Assembly: GCA_963798485.1 (NCBI GenBank)
Contig: CAWCTR010000004.1
Location: 64,001-128,000 of the forward strand
Direction of reading: 5' to 3'
Source of the DNA: an uncultured delta proteobacterium
Lineage (GTDB): Bacteria; Desulfobacterota; Desulfomonilia; UBA1062
Length of the DNA: 64,000 bases
In this document: positions 50,089-58,982 of the stretch, piece by piece
Position numbering within the stretch: the first letter of the stretch is position 1
How the letters are laid out: every line of letters starts with the position of its first letter
Made by a program: the position numbers and the translations under genes
The notes under the pieces: generated by a model
Told to the model about the DNA's origin: nothing
Databases searched by the model: none
Seen by the model: the letters and a program-made list of their open reading frames with translations, nothing else

Positions 50089-50955
50089 TCATGGGGAAAC
50101 TTCTCCTGCATGTATCATCCAATGGGATAGGAAATCCTCTCCTGCCTTCCTTCCAAGCCTGTAATCAGCTTCTATGGATCCATCACCCATGGATAGACGC
50201 CCGGAGCGAAGAGGTCCGGGGGGCTTTATCTCACAGATCGATGCATCAGGGGGAGGGTACCGGATGAACCGGACGGCATCCCGGTATACACGGTTGAGGC
50301 GATGGATTCTGGCGCGGAGCGCTGGGTAGCCCCGCAGAAAGAAGAAGGCCAGGAACGAGTCCAGGAAGCATCCTTTGGAGGCGTTTGCCGGACGGGTGCG
50401 GATAACGACTATCTTCCGTGCACCACGGAGATATGCCTCCCGAGCGGGCAAAGGCTCTGCCACACCGCCGTCGGCGACCCGCCTGCCCTGAACCTCAATG
50501 AAGTCACGATAGAGCACCGGCAGGGCACTCGATGCCTTCAGGTAGTGTGAGAGGGTGTCTTCATCAGGATGCACAAATACCGGCTTCCCTGTCAGGGCAT
50601 CGGTCACACCTATGAGGTATTCATGGGCCGGGTTAGAGGTGGCGGACTTTGTATCGAGGGGTTCATGCTCGGCTGCATATTCCCAGAGCCAGTCCAGATC
50701 CATCAGGTGCCCGCCGCTCAAGAACCGTCTGAAACTTAAGAATTCCCCCATATTCATGGGGCCTGTGATGATCCGATAGTATCTCTGATATTGCCCGGAC
50801 AGGTAAGAAGCGAGCGTGATCGCCCCTGAAGAAACTCCTATGAGAAGATCGAAGGGATTGAAGCCCTCCTGGAGGAATGCATCGAGCACACCGGCGGCAA
50901 AGATGCCGCGCATGCCTCCGCCTTCCACGACCAGGGCTTTCTTGCCATCCGGCAT
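50089..50955 (-). CDS. Patatin-like phospholipase/esterase
   Basis: GGGMRG, GVSSG (GxSxG) and DGG motifs. Confidence 0.9.
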   Translation of the reverse strand: MPDGKKALVVEGGGMRGIFAAGVLDAFLQEGFNPFDLLIGVSSGAITLASYLSGQYQRYYRIITGPMNMGEFLSFRRFLSGGHLMDLDWLWEYAAEHEPLDTKSATSNPAHEYLIGVTDALTGKPVFVHPDEDTLSHYLKASSALPVLYRDFIEVQGRRVADGGVAEPLPAREAYLRGARKIVVIRTRPANASKGCFLDSFLAFFFLRGYPALRARIHRLNRVYRDAVRFIRYPPPDASICEIKPPGPLRSGRLSMGDGSIEADYRLGRKAGEDFLSHWMIHAGEVSP

Positions 50956-51041
50956 TATAATCCCCTTTTGGGTACCATGTAATTCATGCGTCTCTAGCCC
51001 TCACAGAGCGCCTGGAGTATGTCCCCGTATTTCTCATGACA

Positions 51042-51137
51042 TTATGAATGGTTGGCTCTTTTCTTATTCAGAAATGTTACATAGTACTGGGCCGTCTCCT
51101 GTGGTCTCTCCAGCATGGGCATGTGACCGCAGTCCAT
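51042..51137 (-). pseudogene. C-terminal remnant of an alpha/beta-hydrolase
   Basis: Translates as MDCGHMPMLERPQETAQYYVTFL..., the catalytic-His GHxPxxExP terminal motif. Confidence 0.55.
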
Positions 51138-51154
51138 TGAATGGCTCGGGCCTC

Positions 51155-51949
51155 CTATCGGTCCTTGAATTTTGGTTCGCGCTTTTCCATGAATGCGGCT
51201 GCGCCTTCCTTCTTGTCTTCACTGGCGTAGCATGTGCCGAAGAGCTCGCGCTCGAGCCTCATGCCCATGTAAAGGTCCATGGACATGCCTTCGAGCACTG
51301 CACGCAGAGCGGCCTGAACTGATACACGGCTCTTGGAGGCGATTGCACCTGCCAGCTTCATGGCCTCATCCACCACAGCCCCCTTGGCAACGGCCCGGTT
51401 CACCAGGCCATATGCCTCGGCCTGTCTGCCGTTAAGGAAATTGCCGGACAGGATGAGCTCCAGTGCCCTGGCGGGGCCGATGAGACGCGGGGTCCTCTGG
51501 GTGCCCCCGTAGCCCGGGATGATGCCGAGCTTGATCTCAGGGAGACCCAAGGTGGCGCTTTCATCTGCCAGCCTGATGTGGCAGGCTAGCGCCATCTCCA
51601 TGCCGCCACCCAGGCAGAAGCCGTTGATGGCGGCAATAATGGGCTTGTCCGCATTCATGAACAGGTGCGAGAGTTCCTGGCCCCTGATGAGTGAATCCGC
51701 CCCTTCCTGGGCAGTGGTGAAGTCGTTAAGCTCGCTGATGTCCGCCCCTGCGATGAAGGCCTTTCCTGCCCCGGTGAACACGAGCGCCCGCACATCCTTG
51801 TCTGAGAGCACCTTTAACAAGGTATCCCTGATCTCACCAAGAACAGCCCAGCTGAGCGCGTTCATGGGCGGGTTGTTGATCTCCATCAGCGCTACGCCTT
51901 TATCGCGCACGGTATATGCGCACCGTGTTCCTTCATTGACTGTCTTCAT
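51155..51949 (-). CDS. Enoyl-CoA hydratase
   Basis: AFIAGADI, LGGGMEMALAC and LPEIKLGIIPGYGGTQR motifs. Confidence 0.93.
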   Translation of the reverse strand: MKTVNEGTRCAYTVRDKGVALMEINNPPMNALSWAVLGEIRDTLLKVLSDKDVRALVFTGAGKAFIAGADISELNDFTTAQEGADSLIRGQELSHLFMNADKPIIAAINGFCLGGGMEMALACHIRLADESATLGLPEIKLGIIPGYGGTQRTPRLIGPARALELILSGNFLNGRQAEAYGLVNRAVAKGAVVDEAMKLAGAIASKSRVSVQAALRAVLEGMSMDLYMGMRLERELFGTCYASEDKKEGAAAFMEKREPKFKDR

Positions 51950-51967
51950 GGATATACCTCCATATTA

Positions 51968-52759
51968 TTATATTTTCCTGCCCGGCAGGCTCATCGAAGC
52001 GGTAATCCCGCCGTCTACCGGAAAAACCTGTCCCGTGATGTAGCTTGCCTCGTCGCTTGAAAGGAAGAGTATGGCCCAGGCAACCTCTTTCGGCACCGCG
52101 GCGCGTCTGAGCTCGGAATACTTGCCCACCTGCCCCTCCTTGCCCGCACTCCTGGCGTAATCGAAAAAGGGCTGGGTCATGCCGGTCTCGATAAGGCCCG
52201 GGCACACGGCGTTGATGCGTACATTGCAGTCGCCCACCTCGCATGCCGAGGTCTGTGTGAAGTTGATCAGCGCCGCCTTGGATGCGCTGTAGGAATTGCC
52301 GCCCGCCCCTGAGCGGATGCCTGCCACCGAGGCGATATTGATGATTGAGCCCTTACGCCTTCCTTTCATGTGAGCTATGATATGCTTTGTGGCAAAGACA
52401 GCGCCCATGACGTTGACTGCGAATACCCTGTGCCAGTCTTCCGCGGTCTGGTTCTCCAGGGGGTCGAGGCTGCCCGGTATTCCTGCGTTATTCACCAGGA
52501 TATCGATAGAGCCGAACTTTTCTATGGCAAGGCCGATCAGGTCTTTGACTTCTTCCTCCGACGATACCTCGGTCTTTCTGATGGTTACCGGCCCACCTTC
52601 GGCAGCGATCTCATCACGCACCCGGATAAGCCGCTCTTCGTTCATATCCGCAAGAACCAGGCGTGCGCCTTCGTGGGCAAAGAGCAGGGCCGTGGCCCTG
52701 CCTATGCCGCTCGACGCGCCGGTTATGATCGCCGTTTTATTGCTGAGACGTCCTTCCAT
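51968..52759 (-). CDS. Short-chain dehydrogenase/reductase
   Basis: TGASSGIG, NNAG and YSASK motifs. Start placed at 52759. Confidence 0.93.
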   Translation of the reverse strand: MEGRLSNKTAIITGASSGIGRATALLFAHEGARLVLADMNEERLIRVRDEIAAEGGPVTIRKTEVSSEEEVKDLIGLAIEKFGSIDILVNNAGIPGSLDPLENQTAEDWHRVFAVNVMGAVFATKHIIAHMKGRRKGSIINIASVAGIRSGAGGNSYSASKAALINFTQTSACEVGDCNVRINAVCPGLIETGMTQPFFDYARSAGKEGQVGKYSELRRAAVPKEVAWAILFLSSDEASYITGQVFPVDGGITASMSLPGRKI

Positions 52760-52835
52760 ATGTTTCTCCCATAATATATACTCGCCTCCCGTCACGAAGA
52801 CCGGCCTTGTATTCCTCTACGGTTCGGATCGACAT
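52737..52835 (-). pseudogene. N-terminal remnant of a second HpaB/AbfD-family gene
   Basis: RBS AAGGAAG followed by MSIRTVEEYKAGLRDGRRVYIMGE, which then runs into the SDR start region and stops after 32 codons. Confidence 0.65.
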
Positions 52836-52920
52836 AGTGTTTCTTCCTTTGCCCTTTGTTTACGGAAAAGGTGCTGACCAAAGGGGCTGTCTTGGAAAAA
52901 GCCCATCTATTAATCAATTA

Positions 52921-52959
52921 ATAGTTTATATATTAACAATTAAACATCAAACTTGTCAA
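52921..52959 (-). promoter_or_regulatory. Candidate MarR operator and promoter of the catabolic operon
   Basis: ATAGTTTATATATTAACAAT is a 16/20 palindrome. A minus-strand TTGACA lies at 52953-52958. Confidence 0.5.
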
Positions 52960-53049
52960 CCACAATCCATTCAGTCCTGACACATTCACAATATGCCTGA
53001 TCATCTTGCGTTGTTTTCACCATAGAGATTCATTTGAAATACAATCTGC

Positions 53050-53165
53050 CCAATTGCAAAACTCGAAAAAAGCCGTCACCCCCGCGAAGGCAGGGGTCCA
53101 GAGATCCATGAAAAGACTGGATTCCCGCTTCCGCGGGAATGACGTTTCGGGAGTTTTGCAATTGG
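53050..53165. repeat. REP/BIME-like composite palindrome
   Basis: Outer 15-bp inverted repeat CCAATTGCAAAACTC/GAGTTTTGCAATTGG encloses GTCACCCCCGCGAAGGCAGGGGTCCAG...CTGGATTCCCGCTTCCGCGGGAATGAC. Confidence 0.85.
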
Positions 53166-53201
53166 CTCCTTCTTGATATTTTTAGAGAGAAAGGGGGGGA
53201 T

Positions 53202-53636
53202 CTAGACGGTCTTTTCAATGACATCCAGGATCTGGATGAGCTTTTTGATTTCTTTGCTTCCGACCAGTCCCTCGATCTTCTTGTTCAGCGTTTGGGCAAC
53301 AGGCAGCAACTTGATGGCCAGCTCACGCCCCTTGGGGGTGAGGTGGATCTTCATGGCCCTCCGATCTTCCTTGTCGACAAAACGTTCCACAAGGTCCTCA
53401 CGGATAAGACGATCCACAAACCCGGTGATAGCCGGACTGTCCACCTGTACCCGGTCTGCAATGTCTTTTACGGAAGTGCCGTCATTGTCCAGAAGGTCGA
53501 AGAGGATGAATGTCTGGCCCACGGTCAAACCGTATTTGGCATATTCTCTGTTGACATAGCGCCATATCCTGCGGGTCACGGCGCCGATGCGGAAACAATA
53601 GAATCCGTCAAGGATGTTCATCTTTTTCACGGTCAC
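53202..53636 (-). CDS. MarR-family transcriptional regulator
   Basis: DSPAITGFVDRL...DLVER..D.EDRR.MKIHLT.KG pattern. Confidence 0.93.
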   Translation of the reverse strand: MTVKKMNILDGFYCFRIGAVTRRIWRYVNREYAKYGLTVGQTFILFDLLDNDGTSVKDIADRVQVDSPAITGFVDRLIREDLVERFVDKEDRRAMKIHLTPKGRELAIKLLPVAQTLNKKIEGLVGSKEIKKLIQILDVIEKTV

Positions 53637-53785
53637 TCTTCAATCGTGCAAGTGTCATTTAACTCTATGAAGCGGCTCTGAGTCGTATTTTTTGACGGAG
53701 CATTCATCGAATTAAAGCGATAGGAAATTACCTTCACCCGCACGTGCTGTCAATAGAAATATCTTGACATCCTAAAAATTCCCCC

Positions 53786-53836
53786 TTGCACTGCCTGGCA
53801 TTCAGGTATATATTGTCAGCTGGCCATACCACCAGC
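53786..53836 (+). promoter_or_regulatory. Promoter and FadR/GntR-type operator of the GRE operon
   Basis: TTGCAC-17-TATATT. TGGCCATACCA (53821-53831) resembles TGGT-N3-ACCA. Confidence 0.5.
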
Positions 53837-53855
53837 CATATATAATGGAGACCCC

Positions 53856-54596
53856 ATGAAAGATATCCTGAAGCCGCTTCATTCTGACAGCCTGGTAGAG
53901 GTGTTCATCTCGCGCTTCGAAGACCTCATCCTTACCGGCAAGATCGCCATAGGCCAGAGGCTGCCTTCAGAGCGTGAGCTGGCCCTGCAGCTGGGTGTCA
54001 GCAGGCCCGTGGTGCACGAGGGGCTTGTGGATCTGGCTGCCAAGGGCCTGGTCACCATGAAGCCTCGGGTAGGGACTTTTGTGAACGACTACCGGAAAGA
54101 GGGGTCGCTCAGCATCCTGAACTCCATCATCAACTACCAGCAGGGCTCGCTTGACGAGGACCTTCTGGAAAGCCTGCTGGCCACGAGACTCCTGGTGGAG
54201 ACAGAGAACACCCGGCTCGCCGCTGCCAAGCGCACCGAAGAACACCTAAGGGAGTTTCGCGTGATCCTTGAGGCGGAAGAGGCAACAGGGCCGAAAGATG
54301 TGAAAAATATCACCGCGCTTGACTTCCGCTTCCACCATACCATCGGAATGGCATCGGGCAATGTCATTTATCCGCTGCTCATCAACTCGTTCAAACCCGT
54401 GTACATGAATTTCACCGGCATATTTTTTTCAGAACCCGCCAATGTATTGGATACGATTCGGTTCCACCGCAAGCTCGTGGATGCCATCACGGAGAAGAAC
54501 GCTCCTCGGGCGGTAAATATTATGATCGAGACACTCCACCACGGCGAAATGCATTTGCGCACTATCCTCAACCAGCCCAAAAGGAGAAGGCCATGA
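53856..54596 (+). CDS. GntR/FadR-family regulator (wHTH + FCD)
   Basis: RLPSERELALQLGVSRPVVHEGL and DFRFHHTI. Stop overlaps the next ATG. Confidence 0.93.
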   Translation: MKDILKPLHSDSLVEVFISRFEDLILTGKIAIGQRLPSERELALQLGVSRPVVHEGLVDLAAKGLVTMKPRVGTFVNDYRKEGSLSILNSIINYQQGSLDEDLLESLLATRLLVETENTRLAAAKRTEEHLREFRVILEAEEATGPKDVKNITALDFRFHHTIGMASGNVIYPLLINSFKPVYMNFTGIFFSEPANVLDTIRFHRKLVDAITEKNAPRAVNIMIETLHHGEMHLRTILNQPKRRRP

Positions 54597-57109
54597 GTAC
54601 GTCGTCAGCACTCAAAGGCGTTGCTAAGATCAAGGAACCGAAAAACCTGTCTAACCGAATAACCTGGCTGCGGGATTATTACTATAAAGGCGTGGATCGC
54701 GCATGGAACAACGAGTTCACTGCCTGGACCACAGGAACGCCCTGGGATGTGCAGTTCGACGAGATGACCTTCTATATCGTGCCCGAGACCTACCCCTTTA
54801 TGCAGACCTTCCGCTCCTCAATGCAGCAGGCGGCAAGGCCGGTGAAATTGCATCCCGACTTCTGGAAGTGGAGCCTGGTCGAGCGTAAGGCCTGGTTCGT
54901 CAGGGAAGTGATGGTGAACTATGTGCCCCGGGAGATCTTGCCCGGCGACCTCATTGCCGGGGGCCGCTTCAACCTCCAGACGTCCAAGTGCTGGACAAAA
55001 CAGGAGGCAAGGCTTCGCGACAAGCTCATCTACGGCAAAAAGGGCGCGCGAGCATCCATGAAGTGGTTCCACGACCACGGCTATGGCAACTCGGGCGCCA
55101 CGAGCGGCCACCTCATCCCGGGCTATGAACGGGCCTTGAAGATCGGATGGAGGGGCATATACGAAGACCTTGAAGATCGCTACAATACCCTGCCCGGCAA
55201 GGATAGGGAGGGCAAGAAGGGCGCCCAGCTCAGGGCCATGATGACGGCCGCCACCACGGCGCGCGACCTGGCAGCCAAATATGCCGCGCTGTGCGAGGGT
55301 ATGGCCCTCGAAGAGAAGGAGCCAGTGAGGCAAGGCGAGCTGCAGCGCATGGCAGCAATCCTCAAGCGCGTTCCCTGGGAGCCCGCGGTCACCTTTTGGG
55401 AGGCCGTACAGGCCCTGTGGATCACACATATGCTCGTCATGAGCGATGAGAACTATCCCGGCCCAGGTGTTTCCTTCGGCCGCATCGACCAGTATCTGCT
55501 GCCCTACTGGCAGCGTTCCCTTGCAGGCGGCATGGAGAGGGAAATGGGCAAGGAGATCATGAAATGCCTCTGGGTGCACGCCAATACGGTGTACGACGCC
55601 ATGATCCGCGTGGGTGACAATGGTATCACCGCGGGCTACGGACAGCTCATCACGCTCGCAGGTGTTGGTGAAAACGGCAAGGATATGACCAATGACCTGA
55701 CTTACGCCATGCTGGAGGTCATCGACGAGATGACCCCCATGCTGGAGCCCAAGCCCAACGTGCGCCTTCATCGGGGGACGCCGGAGATGCTGCTGGACAA
55801 GGTGGTGGACATGATCGCGGTAAGTCAGGGCGCGCCCTTCCTGCTCAACTTCGACGAGCGGTCGATCGCAGGGATGCTGCGCGAGGCAAAGAAGGCCGGG
55901 GTGGAACACCTCATCAACGAGACCAACGTGCACGACTATGCACCCGTGGGCTGCCTGGAGAACACCATGCAGGGCAATGACCGCTCGGGCACGGTGGACA
56001 ACAACCTGAACCTCTTAAAGGCCGTGGAACTGGCGCTGAACGACGGGAAAGACTTCTTTGATTTTACTGACCCCATAACGGCCAAGAGGGAGAAGGTGAA
56101 ACAGGCAGGCCCGAAGACCGGCGATGCCGCAGCATTTGCCGACTGGGATGCGTTCTGGAAGGCCTATGCCGAACAGACGCAGTTCATTGTGCAAAAGTGT
56201 GTGGGGCTCTACGAACTCTCCGAATCCATCCGGGCCCGGTTCTGCCCCACGCCGTACCTCTCCTGCCTGGTGAAAGGGTGTGCGGAAAAGGGGCTCGACA
56301 TCACCCAAGGGGGTGCAGAGCTGGGCTTCACAACCCTTGAGGCCGTGACCTTTGCCACCACGGTGGACTCGCTGCTGGCCATCAAAAACCTGGTGTTCGA
56401 CAAAAAGGAATGCACCATGGCAGAGATGATCGCAGCACTCAAGGCCAACTGGGATGGCTTTGAGAAGCTACAGGCCAAGGCCAGGTTCAAGGCCCCGAAA
56501 TACGGACGCGACGACGATGAGGCCGATGCCATGGCTGTAAAGGTAATGGGGCTGTGGTGCGAGGAGACCTGGAAGTACAAAACCATCTCGACAAACCGCC
56601 GGTTCCGTCCGGGCATGCTGAGCTGGAACTACTGGGTTGGCGACGGCTTCATCCTGCCGGCAAGCCCGGACGGCAGGCCCAAGGGGAGGTTCCTTTCAAA
56701 TGCCATCTGCCCGGTGAGCGGGGCGGACATCAACGGCCCCACCGCCAATGTGAACTCCGTGGGCAAGGCCATGGGAGGCAAAGACCTGCAAGGCCCGGGG
56801 GACTATAGGGGATATTACAACTATCTGCCCAACGGTGCGAGCCACACCATCACCATCAACCCCTCGCTGCTGAAGAACCCGGAGCACCGCTCAAAGTTCA
56901 AGTCCTTTTTGAGGGGATACGTGGAAAAGGGGGGCAGTGCGCTGCAGATCAATATCCTTGACGCGGATATGCTTAAACACGCCCAGAAGAGGCCCGAAGA
57001 CTACCGTTCGCTCCTGGTAAGGATAACAGGGTACAACGCGTACTTCACGAGCATCGGAAGAGAGCTGCAGGATGAGGTCATCGCCCGCCTCAGCCATGAG
57101 TCACTGTAA
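54593..57109 (+). CDS. Glycyl radical enzyme 1, uncharacterised subtype
   Basis: SFGRIDQYL, Cys loop VGCLE (Cys codon 55952) and Gly loop RITGYNAYF (Gly codon 57029). Confidence 0.92.
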   Translation: MSTSSALKGVAKIKEPKNLSNRITWLRDYYYKGVDRAWNNEFTAWTTGTPWDVQFDEMTFYIVPETYPFMQTFRSSMQQAARPVKLHPDFWKWSLVERKAWFVREVMVNYVPREILPGDLIAGGRFNLQTSKCWTKQEARLRDKLIYGKKGARASMKWFHDHGYGNSGATSGHLIPGYERALKIGWRGIYEDLEDRYNTLPGKDREGKKGAQLRAMMTAATTARDLAAKYAALCEGMALEEKEPVRQGELQRMAAILKRVPWEPAVTFWEAVQALWITHMLVMSDENYPGPGVSFGRIDQYLLPYWQRSLAGGMEREMGKEIMKCLWVHANTVYDAMIRVGDNGITAGYGQLITLAGVGENGKDMTNDLTYAMLEVIDEMTPMLEPKPNVRLHRGTPEMLLDKVVDMIAVSQGAPFLLNFDERSIAGMLREAKKAGVEHLINETNVHDYAPVGCLENTMQGNDRSGTVDNNLNLLKAVELALNDGKDFFDFTDPITAKREKVKQAGPKTGDAAAFADWDAFWKAYAEQTQFIVQKCVGLYELSESIRARFCPTPYLSCLVKGCAEKGLDITQGGAELGFTTLEAVTFATTVDSLLAIKNLVFDKKECTMAEMIAALKANWDGFEKLQAKARFKAPKYGRDDDEADAMAVKVMGLWCEETWKYKTISTNRRFRPGMLSWNYWVGDGFILPASPDGRPKGRFLSNAICPVSGADINGPTANVNSVGKAMGGKDLQGPGDYRGYYNYLPNGASHTITINPSLLKNPEHRSKFKSFLRGYVEKGGSALQINILDADMLKHAQKRPEDYRSLLVRITGYNAYFTSIGRELQDEVIARLSHESL

Positions 57110-57118
57110 AGGAAAGGC

Positions 57119-58123
57119 ATGACAAGCGCACAAAACAAACACCAGGGAACAATCCTGCGCATCCAGCGCATGTCCACCGAGGACGGGCCGGGCATCAGGA
57201 GCACGGTCTTCTTCAAGGGATGCCCGCTCTCATGCATATGGTGCCATAACCCGGAGGGCATCTCACGCGAGCCCCAGGTGCATTGGGTGAAGTCCAGGTG
57301 CATCGGCTGCAGAGGCTGCATAGAAGCCTGCCCAAAAGGGGCCCTTGCCATGGGGGACAGCGGCATAACCATTGACCGGTCGCGGTGCGACTCGTGCTCC
57401 GAGTGTGTTCAGGCCTGCCCATCCACGGCCATGGAGGCCTACGGCGAGGTCTTTTCCGCCCACGATCTGGTGCGTGAGGTCATCAAGGACAAGGTGTATT
57501 TCCAGAAGTCAGGCGGCGGGGTGACGCTGTCGGGAGGCGAACCCACCATGCAGCCGGTCTTTACCGGAGAGCTGCTTTCATCTTTCAAACAAAAAAGTGT
57601 CTATACCGCCCTTGACACCTGCGGGCAGTGTTCGTGGGAAACCCTTGAGGCCCTGCTTCCGCAGGTGGACCTGGTGCTGTACGACCTCAAAGAGCTCGAT
57701 CCGGGAAACCATAAGCGATTCACCGGCATCACCAACAAGAGGATACTGCAGAACCTCATAATGCTGGGGCGCCTTATGAAGGATCGCGGTATGCCAGGGG
57801 ATCTCTGGATACGCACACCCTTGATTCCGGGCTGCACGGCAACACCGGAAAATATCAAGGGCATCGGCGCCTTCATCAGGAAGCACTTACATTCGGTGGT
57901 AAGCAGGTGGGATCTGTGCACCTTCAATAACCTGTGCATCCACAAGTATGATGGGTTGGGGATGGACTGGCGCTTCAAAAGCTCTGTGCTCCTTGATGAG
58001 GACCAGGCACATCACTTGCTTACCCTTGCCGGGTCCTCGGGAGTCGATGCAGGGATTGTCCACCTGAGCGGGCCCATGAGAACAATCTATCCGGATATGA
58101 GTGCAGTTGGAGGAAAAATATGA
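57119..58123 (+). CDS. Glycyl-radical activating enzyme (radical SAM) with a 2x[4Fe-4S] ferredoxin insert
   Basis: DGPGIRSTVFFKGCPLSCIWCHNPE, CIGCRGCIEAC/CDSCSECVQAC and GVTLSGGEP. Confidence 0.95.
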   Translation: MTSAQNKHQGTILRIQRMSTEDGPGIRSTVFFKGCPLSCIWCHNPEGISREPQVHWVKSRCIGCRGCIEACPKGALAMGDSGITIDRSRCDSCSECVQACPSTAMEAYGEVFSAHDLVREVIKDKVYFQKSGGGVTLSGGEPTMQPVFTGELLSSFKQKSVYTALDTCGQCSWETLEALLPQVDLVLYDLKELDPGNHKRFTGITNKRILQNLIMLGRLMKDRGMPGDLWIRTPLIPGCTATPENIKGIGAFIRKHLHSVVSRWDLCTFNNLCIHKYDGLGMDWRFKSSVLLDEDQAHHLLTLAGSSGVDAGIVHLSGPMRTIYPDMSAVGGKI

Positions 58124-58968
58124 AGAAGACCTATACGAGTTTTGATGCCCTCGATATGAAGCAGTTCGAGCCCGAGGCAAAGGTGGGCCTCATCGCCACA
58201 ATAAACCACGAAGGCCTGCCGCACGTCACCCTCATCACGGCCCTGCAGGCAAAGACGCCCGAGAAGCTCATCTGGGGCCAGTTCTCCGAAGGCATGAGCA
58301 AGGAGCACGTGAAGACCAATCCGAAGACAGGCTTTGCCATCATGACCATGGACAAGAGCCTGTGGCGCGGCAAGGCGCTCTACACCCACAGGGCCGCCAG
58401 CGGTGAAGACTACGAGATGTTCAACTTGAAGCCTATGTTCCGCTACAATGCCTACTTCGGCATTCACACCGTGCACTACATGGACCTCTTTGAGACCTAC
58501 GGAAAGGAATCCCTGCCCCTTGCCCGGATCGCCCTGGGCTCTGTCCTGGCCCTGGCGGGACGATCCGCCGCGAGGCAAGGGCATGAAGAACGCATCTTAA
58601 AGCCCTGGGCAGAGGGCCTGTTCAAGAGGCTCGACACCATCAAGTTCATCTCTTACGTAGGGGGTGACGGGTTCCCGGTGATCATCCCGCTCATCGGCTG
58701 CCAGGCAGCAGACAGCACCAGGCTCGCCTTTTCGCCGTCGGCCTACGGCGAGGAGCTCAAGGCGATAAGGCCGGGTGCAACCGTTGCCGTGTTCGGCCTT
58801 ACCATGGATATGGAAGACGTGCTGGTCAGGGGCACCTTCAGCGGGTTTGAGAGGCACCGGGGCATTACGCTCGGGTGTGTGGACATCACCTGGGTTTACA
58901 ACTCCATGCCGCCGAAACCCGGCCAGATCTACCCGGACTCAGAGCTTAAGCCTGTAGTGAATTTCTGA
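58120..58968 (+). CDS. Tandem pyridoxamine 5'-phosphate oxidase-like (FMN split-barrel) protein
   Basis: Two related halves (LIATINHEGLPHVT...HVKTNPK and FISYVGGDGFPVII...AIRPGATVAV). ATGA overlap with the activase gene. Confidence 0.72.
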   Translation: MKKTYTSFDALDMKQFEPEAKVGLIATINHEGLPHVTLITALQAKTPEKLIWGQFSEGMSKEHVKTNPKTGFAIMTMDKSLWRGKALYTHRAASGEDYEMFNLKPMFRYNAYFGIHTVHYMDLFETYGKESLPLARIALGSVLALAGRSAARQGHEERILKPWAEGLFKRLDTIKFISYVGGDGFPVIIPLIGCQAADSTRLAFSPSAYGEELKAIRPGATVAVFGLTMDMEDVLVRGTFSGFERHRGITLGCVDITWVYNSMPPKPGQIYPDSELKPVVNF

Positions 58969-58982
58969 TTGGAGGAACACGC

